From: Macrostomum lignano
Taxonomy: Eukaryota
DNA length: 64,000 nucleotides
Assembly (NCBI GenBank): GCA_002269645.1
Contig: NIVC01000067.1
Span: 434,001 to 498,000 of the forward strand
Direction of reading: 5' to 3'
This document shows, in pieces, positions 9,525-25,916 of the stretch. Each line of letters starts with the position of its first letter. The first letter of the stretch is position 1. The notes beneath the pieces were generated by a model. That model did not search any database and had not been told where the DNA came from. It saw only the letters and a list, made by a program, of their open reading frames with translations. Made by a program: the position numbers and the translations under genes.

Positions 9525-12500
9525 CACCAATTTTACCTCCTATTTTGAACAAAGTCTTGTTCAAAAGAAACAAGCAGAACTTCCATTCAACATTTAAAGA
9601 AATAGCAGCCCTTGCGGAAATTCAATTCAAACAAAGTCCCTTTCTATTGAAACAGAAGAACTTCAATTCAGACTGTCTGTGGCCAAAATTGTCCCCGAGT
9701 GACGCGCATGCGCAGATTTGAAATTCAAAAGAAACAAAGTCACATTCTATTTCGACAGTGATTTTTGCACTCTTCAATCTGGTGGTCAGTCATCAAGTCT
9801 GTCTATTGACACCGAGCCTGAACGCTCTGTTGAAGCTATGGAACAAAGTAACGTAGTGACTGCTAATCCTGCAAAGAAAATGAGGCTTAACATCAATGGT
9901 AACACCAACACCGTTGAAATCGTTTTCGAGTGAGTGCTTACAAGACGCTTCTAAATCTTACTATTTGAACTTCCTGTTGTTGGTTTACATTTGTTAAATA
10001 CAACTGTTTATAGCAGGACTGAGAACTATTTCTCAGGCCTCGTTTGGGGACTGAGAAATGGTTCTCAGTCCTCCTACAACCGATAAATTACCATAGAAGT
10101 TGTTGTTCCTCGGGAAAAGGATGAGACTGTGAAAGAGGCGAGAAATGCACTTTCTGTAGGTTAAATTTAGATAAGAGTACATTTTTAGTGCATTAATCTA
10201 ACTTTATTGCTTTTCCTGTACTGCATAACTGTAAAATCGTAGCGCAATAATAAACGATATGAATGCTGAAGATAAGATTAAAGAAGACGATGAATTGCTG
10301 GAAGAAGATGGAAGCGCATGGGCAGAAGACATTGGCGCACTCGACGAGAACCAGGCAGGCTTCCGCAACGGCCGTTCTACAATGGAAGCCACCCAAATTA
10401 TCTGGCGCCTAAATGAGGACGCCAGCAAACTGCGCGATAGCCCGGACTCGAGTATCAAGCTGCTTGACCTTCGTAAAGCTTACCCACGAGTCAACAAGCC
10501 GGCGCTCTGGCAACTTCTTGCGCACTATGGAATGCCAACGGGAATCCTAGACAAGATCAAGGACCTGCATGAGGAAACGGCGTACGTAGTCATATCGGAC
10601 AACAAGGAGAGCACACCCTTCTACCCCCAGCGTGGTTTGAGAGAAGGATGCGCCACTTCGCCGACTCTATTCAATATCTACCATCAAGCAGCAATACGCC
10701 TTGCCGAGAAAGAGAGAAAAACCGCGGCCATCAATAACGGCCAAATTGCCGGAATTCGCTGGACATGCCGCTCAGGGCATAGCCTCCCCCCGAAACGTTT
10801 GGATAAATTTAATGAGGAGACGACAACGAAAACCGTGTCGTGCTCTCTCTTCGCCGACGACACGACGATTATCGGAGCTACGAGCGAAATCGGGCAGGGA
10901 ACTAAAATTATGAAGGAGGTGATGAAGGAGTTCGAGGAGATTACCAACGATGACAAAGAAGAAAGCGCTGTCCTAGGGACTGAAAGCAGTAACAACATAC
11001 GAATGCTTGGCACCTGGCTAGGACGCAAAAATGACGTCGGACAAAGATTGCAGAGGGCCGCGAAAACATCAACCGGAGTCCGGAATATGCTCAGGAAGAC
11101 TAGACTAACTAAGAGAACCCAAGCGAGGGTCGTTGAGGCCTGCGTCGAGAGCACCATGCTCTTCAACTGCGGCGCAAGGCCTTTCTATAAGTCAGAAATT
11201 AAAACGCTCCAGAAAACGGTGGACCGCTTATATCGTTACGTATGGAGTAGAAAGACGAGACCACCTCTGTTTAAAATGGAAGAGAAAGGTGCCAATAGCT
11301 GGGACGTCCGCGACGATCTGGGAGTCACCAGCATCTCAACAAAAATTGAGATGGCACACTGGAGGAGAATGGGACACGTGCTACGGCTACCAGATGACAA
11401 TCTAGCGAAGCAGTGCGTCCTCGGATGGAGTAAAGACCTTGAAGGAGTCCGGAAAGCAAAGCACCGCAGGCAAACCATAATCTCGTTCTGGAAGAAACTG
11501 CTGAAAAACGCTAAGGTGGACGAACTTGACCTTGAACGGATAGTTCGTGATCGAACAAGGTGGAAGGAGATCATCAGAGAAAGGCAAAACCAACTGCGGC
11601 AAGAGGAAAGGAGGAAGAGGAAGCAAGCCACCAGCCCCCCCCCCCCCGAACGCGAATGAGACGACATGGAATGAAAACGAGCTGACGGGTTTCCGCTGTC
11701 GGTACGAAGACTGTGGCAAGATCTGCGCAACGCGAGGAGGCCTTGCGGTGCACCAGCGTCGCATGCACCACGTGATGACCAGAGCCAGTCTGCCGTGCCC
11801 GAAATGCGGCGCGGACTTTACGACTGAAGCGACGCGCAATAACCACATGAAGACATGCCGCGGGGAAGAAGTGCAAGGAAGCCGCATCACATGTAATACG
11901 TGCGGAAAAACCGTCTCCAAATCGAACTTAGCCAGACACAGGAAGAACTGTACTCGTAGACAGCACGAGGAACAACAGGTAGCAGAGGAGCAGAGCGTAA
12001 CAGCCCGCGTGTAAAGAACCAAGACCGGACCATGTCCAGACTGCGGAAAGATGCTAGCGTTGACAAACATGGCGCGTCACAGGAAAACGTGCAGAGGCGA
12101 ATAGTGGCTCACGGGGGACCGACGCCGCAAGGCGACAAAACGGTGGAAGAAGAAGGAATCGATGAATTTGAAGCAGAATTCGATGAAGATATCATGGAAC
12201 AGCAGCCTCGGCAGTGCGCTATTGTTTAAGCAACAGTGACAGAGACCGTATCATCAGGGCTGCTGATCGTGGGGATTACTTTGTGGAACTGGCGCGCCAA
12301 CTTGGAGTCAAGAGGTCAATAGCGTACACGATTGAGGTCAGGGAGAGCGGAAAAGCAGCCTACGAGATTCCGGACTCCATTCAGGTCAAGCGGCTTCCAC
12401 CATACAGTTCATTTTTGAGTCCTGTGGAAGGCCGCTCTCCTGTTGGAAGGCCGCTCTGAAGAGAGAACTGGCAATTGATGGTTAGGTGTCTCAAGCTGGC

Positions 12501-12800
12501 CAACTGACACTGTCTTGTTCCTGTTTTTCATTTTACTCTTATGTCCGTCGATATGCTGTGTTTTATCCCCTTGTCGAAATAGAATGTGACTTTGTTTATT
12601 TTGAATTTCAAATCTGCGCATGCGCGTCACTCGAGAACTTTGGCCACATACAGTCTGAATTGAAGTTCTTCCGTTTAAATAGAAAGGGACTTTGTTTGAT
12701 TTGAATTTCCGCAAGGGCTGTTATTTCTTTAAATGTTTGAATGGAAGTTCTGCTCGTTTCTTTTGAACAAGACTTGTTCAAAATAGGACGTAAAATGCTG
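9525..12800 (+). mobile_element. Non-autonomous Tc1/mariner (IS630-like) DNA transposon with ~230-bp TIRs
   Basis: Imperfect inverted repeats at 9525-9757 and 12572-12800, each flanked by TA (9523-24, 12801-02). Transposase remnants: HTH RDRIIRAADRGDYFVELARQLGVKRSIAYTI and DDE-end motif LPPYSSFLSPVE (12214-12459). Confidence 0.8.
10309..12153 (+). mobile_element. 5'-truncated RTE-like LINE (RT plus three C2H2-type zinc fingers) nested in the Tc1 element
   Basis: RT motifs ENQAGFRNGRST, LLDLRKAYPRV, GLREGCATSPTLFNIY, LFADDT. ZnF frame 11547-12014 follows a poly-C frameshift. 3' hairpin cgcc-gcaa-ggcg; tggaagaaga duplicated at 10299-10308 and 12144-12153. Confidence 0.85.
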
Positions 12801-13004
12801 TATACTACTCGTATTAGTTTCACTTTGGAGCTTCTGTCTGCCATAGGCAAGCATCTCTACACGCAACATATGCTCGTAGTTGCTTGACCATCTTTGCAAC
12901 TCTTTCGACTTCTAAATACTCATTTCCACCAATCGCAGTACGTTAAGTTAAGACAATGAAACGCATCAACTTACATGGAATTAATTCATTTTGTAATTAG
13001 AGGC

Positions 13005-13363
13005 AGGGGGGTTGTGTGCACCCTGGCGCACTTTAAGCGACATTGTCACACAGCCGGCGAGAGGCATTACTGCCCATTCCGCCGACTTCGCTGAGCAGGC
13101 ACACAAGCGCGCGCGGATACGTACGCAGTCATACGCACAGGCACACACTCACACAGGAGTGCACAGCGGTCCTAACTTTATTTATCGTTAGGCATGTACA
13201 CTTCACTGTGCCTTGGGGGTTGGCCCTCAAGGCCTTTAATTGCACGAGCAGAGCCAAGCCGAGATTCCAATTCAGCCCTAAATTAATGTTGACTGCACTG
13301 GGAATCGAGCCTGGGCCGCTGGCACATCAGAGCGCCACGCTAGACCGCTGGGCTACGGACCCC
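13005..13363 (-). mobile_element. tRNA-derived SINE, copy 1
   Basis: Minus-strand head with A-box (TAGCCCAGCGG) and B-box (GGCTCGATTCCC); about 360 bp; close match to 27317-27670. Confidence 0.8.
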
Positions 13364-14882
13364 TAATAGAACTCATAGCCAGTGAATTTTTCTAATCGGA
13401 TTATTTTTTACAGAGATTATCTCCATGGTGAACTCTACTTGATGTAAAGCGTTTACACTACAAAAAAGTAAAATTGCATAGGACAGCGTTCTTCTTTTAC
13501 TATCGGTCTCTATCATTCATCAGTCTTGGCAAGTACGCCACAATAAGGTAGCAGCTCATATCGTTTTGATTTTGATAAAACTGCCACCCAGAAAGTTTTA
13601 CGAGTAGAGAGCAAGATTATTACAGAGTGGGGGGTTTTTACAGAATGCACTGAACTTCCTCATTTGAGTTGTGAGCAGTTTAACACCACTGCAGCAGAGC
13701 CAGTAGTGAGCACAGACAGGCCACAATAGAATGGAGTTTAGAGATGCTGTGCAGGTTCAAATTCGTTGAACTGAGCGCAAACTGGTGTCTCTGCTGATGG
13801 CGCTGTCTCTTCTTCGGAAGTTCTGAAATAATTTGATGCAATTAGTGCAAGACTCCAATTTTCGGTGAGGTTATTAACGCCAAAGATAAGTTCGCAGAGT
13901 CTTTTAAACATTTTATTAGAGTAGTTAACCTCCGAATATTCTGTCTCCAAATCTCCGAAAGCTTCAGCACCGGGGGGCATGAAGCTCAATTTTAAGCTCT
14001 GGACCAATCCACAGATAAGTAGAATACCGAGCGAGATATATGTCACTTACAATTGAAATTATGAAAAAGTAAGTCTTTAATTTATTTCTTTTTAAATTGG
14101 TAGAACAGGGCAGAGATGTTAATTTAATGGGTCTGCTTTTAGAAAGGCAAAGACGATTTTTGCAGCTTCAAGAACTAAATATCTAGTCAAACTACATCAA
14201 TTTTAATATCACTATTATAAAGGGTAGATAAGTGCATTTTTGTGAGTGACACGCGAGCGTTCATCTCCTCATTCTACGACGTAATTTATTGCTTTTGTCA
14301 GTCTAACGGAATAAAGCCACCGAAACCATAGATTTAGATGAAAAGCCACTCAAACTGAGTAGAATTGATCGGTTAATACGTCGTACGTCGGTGTACTTTA
14401 TTTATTCCTAACCTAGGATAATTAATTTTATGAATGTAATATTCTGCAACTTCTACTGTCAATAAAGTATCAAGAGAATGGTAATGTGGCGCAAACTGTT
14501 TTTTTGCATTATTCTGCAAACTGCATTAAAAAGCCTACTTCTGACCATCTGAATTTCCAATACTTATATGCACATTTGGTGCGCGCTTATTCGGAAAAAT
14601 TGGTTTAGAAGTGTGCCGATTTTAATTCTACTACATGTATTGGAGAAAAACAGTTACTAGTGGCAACTGGCAAGTGATATGCGGTTTCTAGTTTATTAAT
14701 AATAAACTATATTAATAATAACTTCAGAAGGGCTGCGTGCACCTAACGCCAACGGCAACATATTCGGAAAGTACAGATAGTTGCGGGAAATGCCGATGTT
14801 GTATATGCGCAGAAATCTAGCTCGCATCAAATGCTCAATATTCTCTGATCTTTGGTGCTCTGCCACGAAATTTACCACCAAC

Positions 14883-16426
14883 CTGTGACCGTGAGCCAAT
14901 GCACCGCTGCCGCAGGTGGCTCCATCAAGCAGCAGGCCCAGTCTCCCGCGTGCTCTATCCCTACAGCGGCGATGGTAAGCACGCTGGTGAGAGTGCGGCC
15001 CCCATCGACGCTCCAGCTCTCGGAGATGTCAACCCCGGCCTGGTGCCGAGCGTCGGCGCCGCGATGTCGCCAGAACAGAGTTTTGCCGCTGCCTGATTGC
15101 GCTACAGCCGCTGTGCAGGTAAATGACAGGTGCTGATCGCCAATTTCAGCTGACGAGGGGCCGCTGATGTTGATGGAGACTGGAATCGATGCAGTTAAGA
15201 GATCTGTTGAAATCGAAGCTGGTTTACTTACTACTGGATAGATTGCTAAAGGGGTGCATTGGGCTCAGTTGGGTCAGATTCGGCCTTCTTGCATCAACAA
15301 AAGCCCATCATTGTGAGCAGTCATCAGTCATACACCTGATGCATCTCTCCACATTCAAATGTTTTACTTACCTTCAATTTTTTGTTGGGAGTCTCTCGCA
15401 ACTTCAGAACTCTCTTTTCCGCTGATCTCTGAAGAGGTTTGGAATTCGGGTGTTATATGGGACTTTGGCTCGGTTCTGGCAGTTTATAAATTCTCAAAAA
15501 CACAAAGAGTTCGACAGCCCACCAGTGACTAAAAGTGCAAACTCGGCGACCAAGGGCCTGGCGCCGCCGCCGCTCACGTGGCACAGGTATCTACCCGAGT
15601 CTCTGGGCTGGGCTCGCTGAATCAACAGGCGCCATTCGTCCTCTGCCGTGTCGGCGTCAATCGACACGCGTCTATCGGGGGTGAAAACGGACCGGCCGAC
15701 CGTCAGAGGGATGTCCACGCCATCGTTCTTCATCCAGGTGACCTGCGGAGCGACAGTCACACGACACAGAGTGAGCTGTGTTGCTGACTGCAACCAGAGT
15801 GAGCTGTGCATGTTTCTGACTGCAACCAGAGTGAGCTGGTTGTGTTGCTGACTGCAACCAGAGTGAGCTGGTTGTGTTTCTGACTGCAACCAGAGTGAGC
15901 TGGTTGTGTTGCTGACTGCAACCAGAGTGAGCTGGTTGTGTTTCTGACTGCAACCAGAGTGAGCTGGTTGTGTTGCTGACTGCAACCAGAGTGAGCTGGT
16001 TGTGTTTCTGACTGCAACCAGAGTGAGCTGGTTGTGTTGCTGACTGCAACCAGAGTGAGCTGGTTGTGTTTCTGACTGCAACCAGAGTGAGCTGGTTGTG
16101 TTGCTGACTGCAACCAGAGTGAGCTGGTTGTGTTTCTGACTGCAACCAGAGTGAGATGTGTTTCTGACTGCAACCAGAGTGAGCTGTGTTTCTGACTGCA
16201 ACCAGAGTGAGCTGTGTTTCTGACTGCAACCAGAGTGAGATGTGTTTCTCACTCTGAGCAATTGCGGCAATATTTCTCACCATTCTGCCGCCAAGGTTTC
16301 GCACAACGCAGCGCAGCACAACCAGCTGCAACTCCTGGCTTATTAAACTTTTTGGCATGGATTTGGCGAAGCAGGTGTCCCTGGAGCCTGGGCTGCACTC
16401 GGGCCATCCGTTGCTGCCAGCGAGGG
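14883..16426 (-). CDS. Two-Ig-domain cell-surface protein, Dpr/DIP/lachesin-like (exons 16426-16281, 15742-15523, 15179-14883; partial)
   Basis: All junctions are GT/AG and phase-compatible (1/0/1/1). Spliced product: LVVLRCVVRNLGGRM|VTWMK...PLTVGRSVFTPDRRVSI...WRLLIQRAQPRDSGRYLCHVS...|VSINISGPSSAEIGDQHLSFTCTA...LFWRH...TSVLTIAAVGIEHAGDWAC. Signal-peptide and tail exons were not located. Confidence 0.85.
15770..16250. repeat. Intronic 32-bp minisatellite (ctgactgcaaccagagtgagctggttgtgtt[t/g])
   Basis: About 15 copies; the central copies alternate the last base. Lies within the 16280-15743 intron and explains the long repetitive ORFs here. Confidence 0.95.
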
Positions 16427-17159
16427 CTAAAAATGAAATACGAGTTCTTTTAAAGTACAAGCTGAACTTGTTCAAAAACTTCTATGCACAATTAACCTGC
16501 AGGTTCCTATAGAGGGCTTTGTGCTAATCAACCCGAGTACCCTGGGGCCTTTTTCTCTCTTGCTGAAATTGGGCATTCGCTTTCCATTACTCCCAGTCTA
16601 CGCGATAGAGCTCATATTAGAGCGGAGAATTATAATAGATGAAAGAAGACCGCCCAGTCAGAAGGGAGTAAATTGATCCCATAGAGTGGAGTGGAGTGGA
16701 GTGGGAGGCAAGAATGGGGAGAGGAGAATTCAGTGGGATCTGGTTGCTAAGGTCTGTTGCTTTCCTATACGATCGAGCCAATATATGAGAACCGGAAGCG
16801 CTCTCGGGGTTGAGTTGCCTGCCTAGCTAGTAGCTCCCAGACAGGTCTTGAGTAGAGCTGGCGTGTGAGCAGGACTCCCTCAAGGAAATGTCATGGGCTG
16901 ATGGGGTTGAATGTAAGCTGATAGTACAGACCCAGATCCCGCTTGAACCCCAGTTCACTATCCCGGAAGTTGTTCGTCAGAGGGCACCGGCTGGTCAAGC
17001 CAGATGGGTTCTGTGCTCACAGATCGCGACCCTCTTTAGGGCAACTCAGTCATGAGCAGCTCTTTTCCTGACCTCACCGTAACTTGAAAGATTCGTGACA
17101 GTGAGGTTGGAAAGGTTGGAATAAACCAGACGTTTGTCAACTGACGTCTTACAGCCTCC

Positions 17160-17521
17160 AGTGTGTAGCTGAGTAAATAATGGCAGATTGTTCAGTGTGT
17201 AGCTGAGGTGAATAATGGCAGATTGTTCAGTGTGTAGCTGAGGTGAATAATGGCAGATTGTTCAGTGTGTAGCTGAGGTGAATAATTGCAGATTGTTCAG
17301 TGTGTAGCTGAGGTGAATAATGGCAGATTGTTCAGTGTGTAGCTGAGGTGAATAATGGCAGATTGTTCAGTGTGTAGCTGATGTGAATAATTGCAGATTG
17401 TTCAGTGTGTAGCTGAGGTGAATAATTGCAGATTGTTCAGTGTGTAGCTGAGGTGAATAATTGCAGATTGTTCAGTGTGTAGCTGAGGTGAATAATTGCA
17501 GATTGTTCAGTGTGTAGCTGA
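17160..17521. repeat. 35-bp minisatellite (gcagattgttcagtgtgtagctgaggtgaataat[g/t])
   Basis: About 10 near-identical head-to-tail copies. Confidence 0.95.
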
Positions 17522-18206
17522 TACCTGATTGATTGCTATTATGTCGGGTAAAAGTGTAGATACAATGATTTCTCAATTCTGTTTTTAATTGTTTACCAAA
17601 GCTTCACTAAGCCTCTGGCTGCTTACTACGGCTAATGTGAAAGTTCTCTAGATTAATTATTATAGTGGTATAATTTGTTCCACAAACTTATTTCAAAATT
17701 CTGATATTCAAATCTAATGCGGTACTTTGTTAATATTTGCAGAGTCAGAAATCTAAGTATATTTGTCTATCAGCTTCCAAAGGGCATGCATTTTAATCTG
17801 TGGCCTTGATTAAACACCTGCTATTAGATCCGAAATCACCTGTCGTCAGTGCAGCTGCAGCAGAGATAGCAGACCAAAATAGCGAAGCGCAGAGCATTGC
17901 AATTGCGGCGGTTGTCTTGCAGCAGTCCAAACGCAAAATATCACCCTGTTTGCTTAATCTCTGCTTTTGATATTTTTCATTTTTATGCCGTTCACTATTG
18001 CCCAATCAGAGTGTCACCTGCCCTCAAGACACGGCCATTGGCTGCAGTATTCTTAACAGTAATTTTGGAGTTTGAGGAAGCGCTGCTATGGTTAGGGGTG
18101 GGCATAGATCTTACTTACTTACTTACTTACTACTGACGGGGGGCGCAGGCGCCGCGAATAGGCCGCGAGGCCCCTATCGCAACCCCAAGGTAAAAGAGCA
18201 CAAGGA

Positions 18207-23087
<4,881 letters not shown>

Positions 23088-23415
23088 TTATATTCCCTAG
23101 ATAGGCCACTTTTTATGGCGGTAATAGGGAAATTGCGCGACCGCTGTTTTTCGGCACTTGTGCGAAAAAGCCGAAATGGGTTGCTTATAAATTTGAGTTC
23201 AGTAGCTTAGGGACATAGACGCTATTTTTTGAGAATTTACCAGAAATTGTCATGAATTGAATAAAAAGCTACTCAATCAAACTAAGAATGATTTATGCAC
23301 TGCAGAGACTACTGATGAAATTGAGTTCAGTAGTTGATTTTTGCGCTGTCGCGAGATGCAAAATTTTTTACATTTGCTTCTATGGCCACATAAGTGGTTA
23401 ATGAGTGGCCCATAT

Positions 23416-24481
23416 GGTTTACCCCCGATTCGCCGAATTCCGATTCGCCGATTCCCGATTCGCCGAATTCCTGACTCGCCGAATTCCTGACTCGCCGAAT
23501 TCCTGACTCGCCGAATTCCTGACTCGCCGAATTCCTGACTCGCGGAATTCCTGATTTGCCGAATTCCTGACTCGCCGAATTCCTGACTCGCCGATTCCTG
23601 CTTCGCCGAAATTCCTGATTTGCCGAATTCCTGACTCGCGGAATTCCTGACTCGCCGAATTCCTGACTCGCCGAATTCCTGACTCGCGGAATTCCTGACT
23701 CGCCGAATTCCTGACTCGCGGAATTCCTGACTCGCCGAATTCCTGACTCGCCGAATTCCTGACTCGCCGATTCCTGCTTCGCCGAAATTCCTGATTTGCC
23801 GAATTCCCGATTCGCCGAATTCCTGACTCGCCGAATTCCTGACTCGCCGATTCCTGCTTCGCCGAAATTCCTGATTTGCCGAATTCCCGATTCGCCGAAT
23901 TCCTGACTCGCCGAATTCCTGACTCGCCGATTCCTGCTTCGCCGAAATTCCTGATTTGCCGAATTCCTGACTCGCGGAATTCCTGACTCGCCGAATTCCT
24001 GACTCGCCGAATTCCTGATTCGCCGATTACCCCATTGACCATCCACTCACACACGCACACACACAGGCGCACCATCAGCTGAACAAGTGCTTCCGGGGAT
24101 CAGACTTGGAGACAATTATTATTGTAGTTATATTATTGTAATATTGTATTTTGGATTGTATTAAAATTGTATTATTTGTATTATTATTATTACTGTAGGT
24201 GACAACAGCTGTGGAAAGTTCTGTGGAGAGTTGTATTTATAAAAGTGTGACTGCCTCAACTGGAAATCTGGCCCTTATATACGAGCGTGCGGACAGGGCT
24301 AGGCAGGAGAGCCTCCAGAGCTGGCCAATCACAACCCGGCCCACCTGGCATGCATCCACTTCCACCTGTGGCGTCGTACAATTAGAAACTGGAAGGTTCG
24401 GCGAGTCAGGAATTCGGCAAATCAGGAATTTCGGCGAATCGGGAATCGGCGAATCGGGATTCGGCGAATCGGGGGTAAACC
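23416..24481. mobile_element. Foldback-type non-autonomous DNA transposon with tandem-repeat TIRs
   Basis: Ends are ggtttacccccgattcgccga and tcggcgaatcgggggtaaacc; 8-bp TSD gcccatat at 23408-23415 and 24482-24489. The left arm is expanded into a ~16-bp array (gccgaattcctgactc) to ~24030; the right arm is a short inverted array at ~24398-24481. Confidence 0.8.
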
Positions 24482-25135
24482 GCCCATATATTATATGATC
24501 TTTGGGGGTGGGGCTTGCGAGACAACAAGCTTGCGAGACAACATGGACTGCGAGAAAAAAGATCCCTTACGAGAACAGGACCTGTCCAAAGTGTCATGCT
24601 TTGCCTGCTGAAGTGCAGTCGGAACTTTTATAGTGCTCCCCGTGATAAATTTGAACAGGAAATCTCGGATAAATTAAGTTTAATAATAAAAATAATAAAA
24701 CGACTTTTTTCACTTCGTCAAATAGACTAATTCACTTTAATGCCAAAGTTTTTTTTCGATGGTAAAGATTTCAATTAATGACACTCAACACAAAAGTTAG
24801 GTCCTCATGTAGGGACCCCATTAGGGTTAGCGGTTCAGACAATTTCAAAATAGGTAAAGGACGATAGAGGAATCGAATTGCGAACGAGTTGGGTATTAAG
24901 AAACTGATAAAGGCTTTTTCAATCATTGTTTGTAAAAAAAACAGAAACAGTTTCAATAAAATATTAGACTAGACTAGCACTGCTTTATTTTCTGTGAGAA
25001 CTTTTGATGGATATCATTTTTTAATTCCTTCAAACAATGGAGTCAATTTAGTCGAAAAAATTTAGATATTTTCAAAGAATATAGTCCATTTTCTCTCAAG
25101 ACTACTGACGAACTGGTATTGGCGGTAGACAGAGA

Positions 25136-25496
25136 AGGGGAGAGGGAGAGAAGGGGAGATGGAGAGAAGAGGGAGATGGAGAGAAGGGGAGAGGGAGAGA
25201 AGGGGAGAGGGAGATAAGGGGAGAGGGAGAGAAGGGGAGAGGGAGAGAAGGGGAGAGGGAGAGAAGGGGAGAGGGAGAGAAGGGGAGAGGGAGAGAAGGG
25301 GAGAGGGAGAGAAGGGGAGAGGGAGAGGAGAGGGAGAGGGAGAGAAGGGGAGAGGGAGAGAAGGGGAGAGGGAGAGAAGAGGGAGAGGGAGAGAAGGGGA
25401 GAGGGAGAGAAGGGGAGAGGGAGAGAAGGGGAGAGGGAGAGAAGAGGGAGAGGGAGAGAAGGGGAGAGGGAGAGAAGGGGAGAGGGAGAGAAGCGA
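25136..25496. repeat. Polypurine ~16-bp minisatellite (ggggagagggagagaa)
   Basis: About 360 bp of almost pure G/A on the plus strand; explains the ORFs at 25043-25740. Confidence 0.95.
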
Positions 25497-25916
25497 GAGC
25501 CTGAATTCTCCAGCCCCATTACTCCGAGGGGCTGCTAAAATCTGCTCATTCCCGCTTGAGGCGCAATTTCTGACTTCGAGAGGAGCGCGAGCTGGTGCCG
25601 GAGAATTTGGCGTTCCCCTAAAATTTTTGCCACTTTCAGCAGCTCTTCGACATCGATCTCGCGAGTCCCATTCTGCTAATTGCTGGTGCAATTTTTTCCT
25701 TTCATTTCACGAAGCCGGGGGGCTGGTTGAATTTCCTTGAGACTCATTACCTGTGACGCCTGACCTTTTTGGTCGCTTTCAGTCTCTCAAGCAATTTCGC
25801 CTTTGTAAAAGTACAATTTCCTACATTAGGCTGACTGCTAAGTAACTACTGTGTAGTCTTCTATGGAAGTTGCTGTTGGACTGTGAATAAATTGGTACTG
25901 GATGGAACTGCGGTGG

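Noticed and set aside
13738-14046. 102-aa ORF with a hydrophobic N-terminus
   Set aside because: TTG/GTG-type start immediately after a GTAAGT donor-like site, no recognisable family and no phase link to the Ig gene.
23327-24075. Repetitive 218-239-aa ORFs; likewise 25043-25740, 57158-57547 and 61451-62754
   Set aside because: Products of tandem repeats; no start context or domain.
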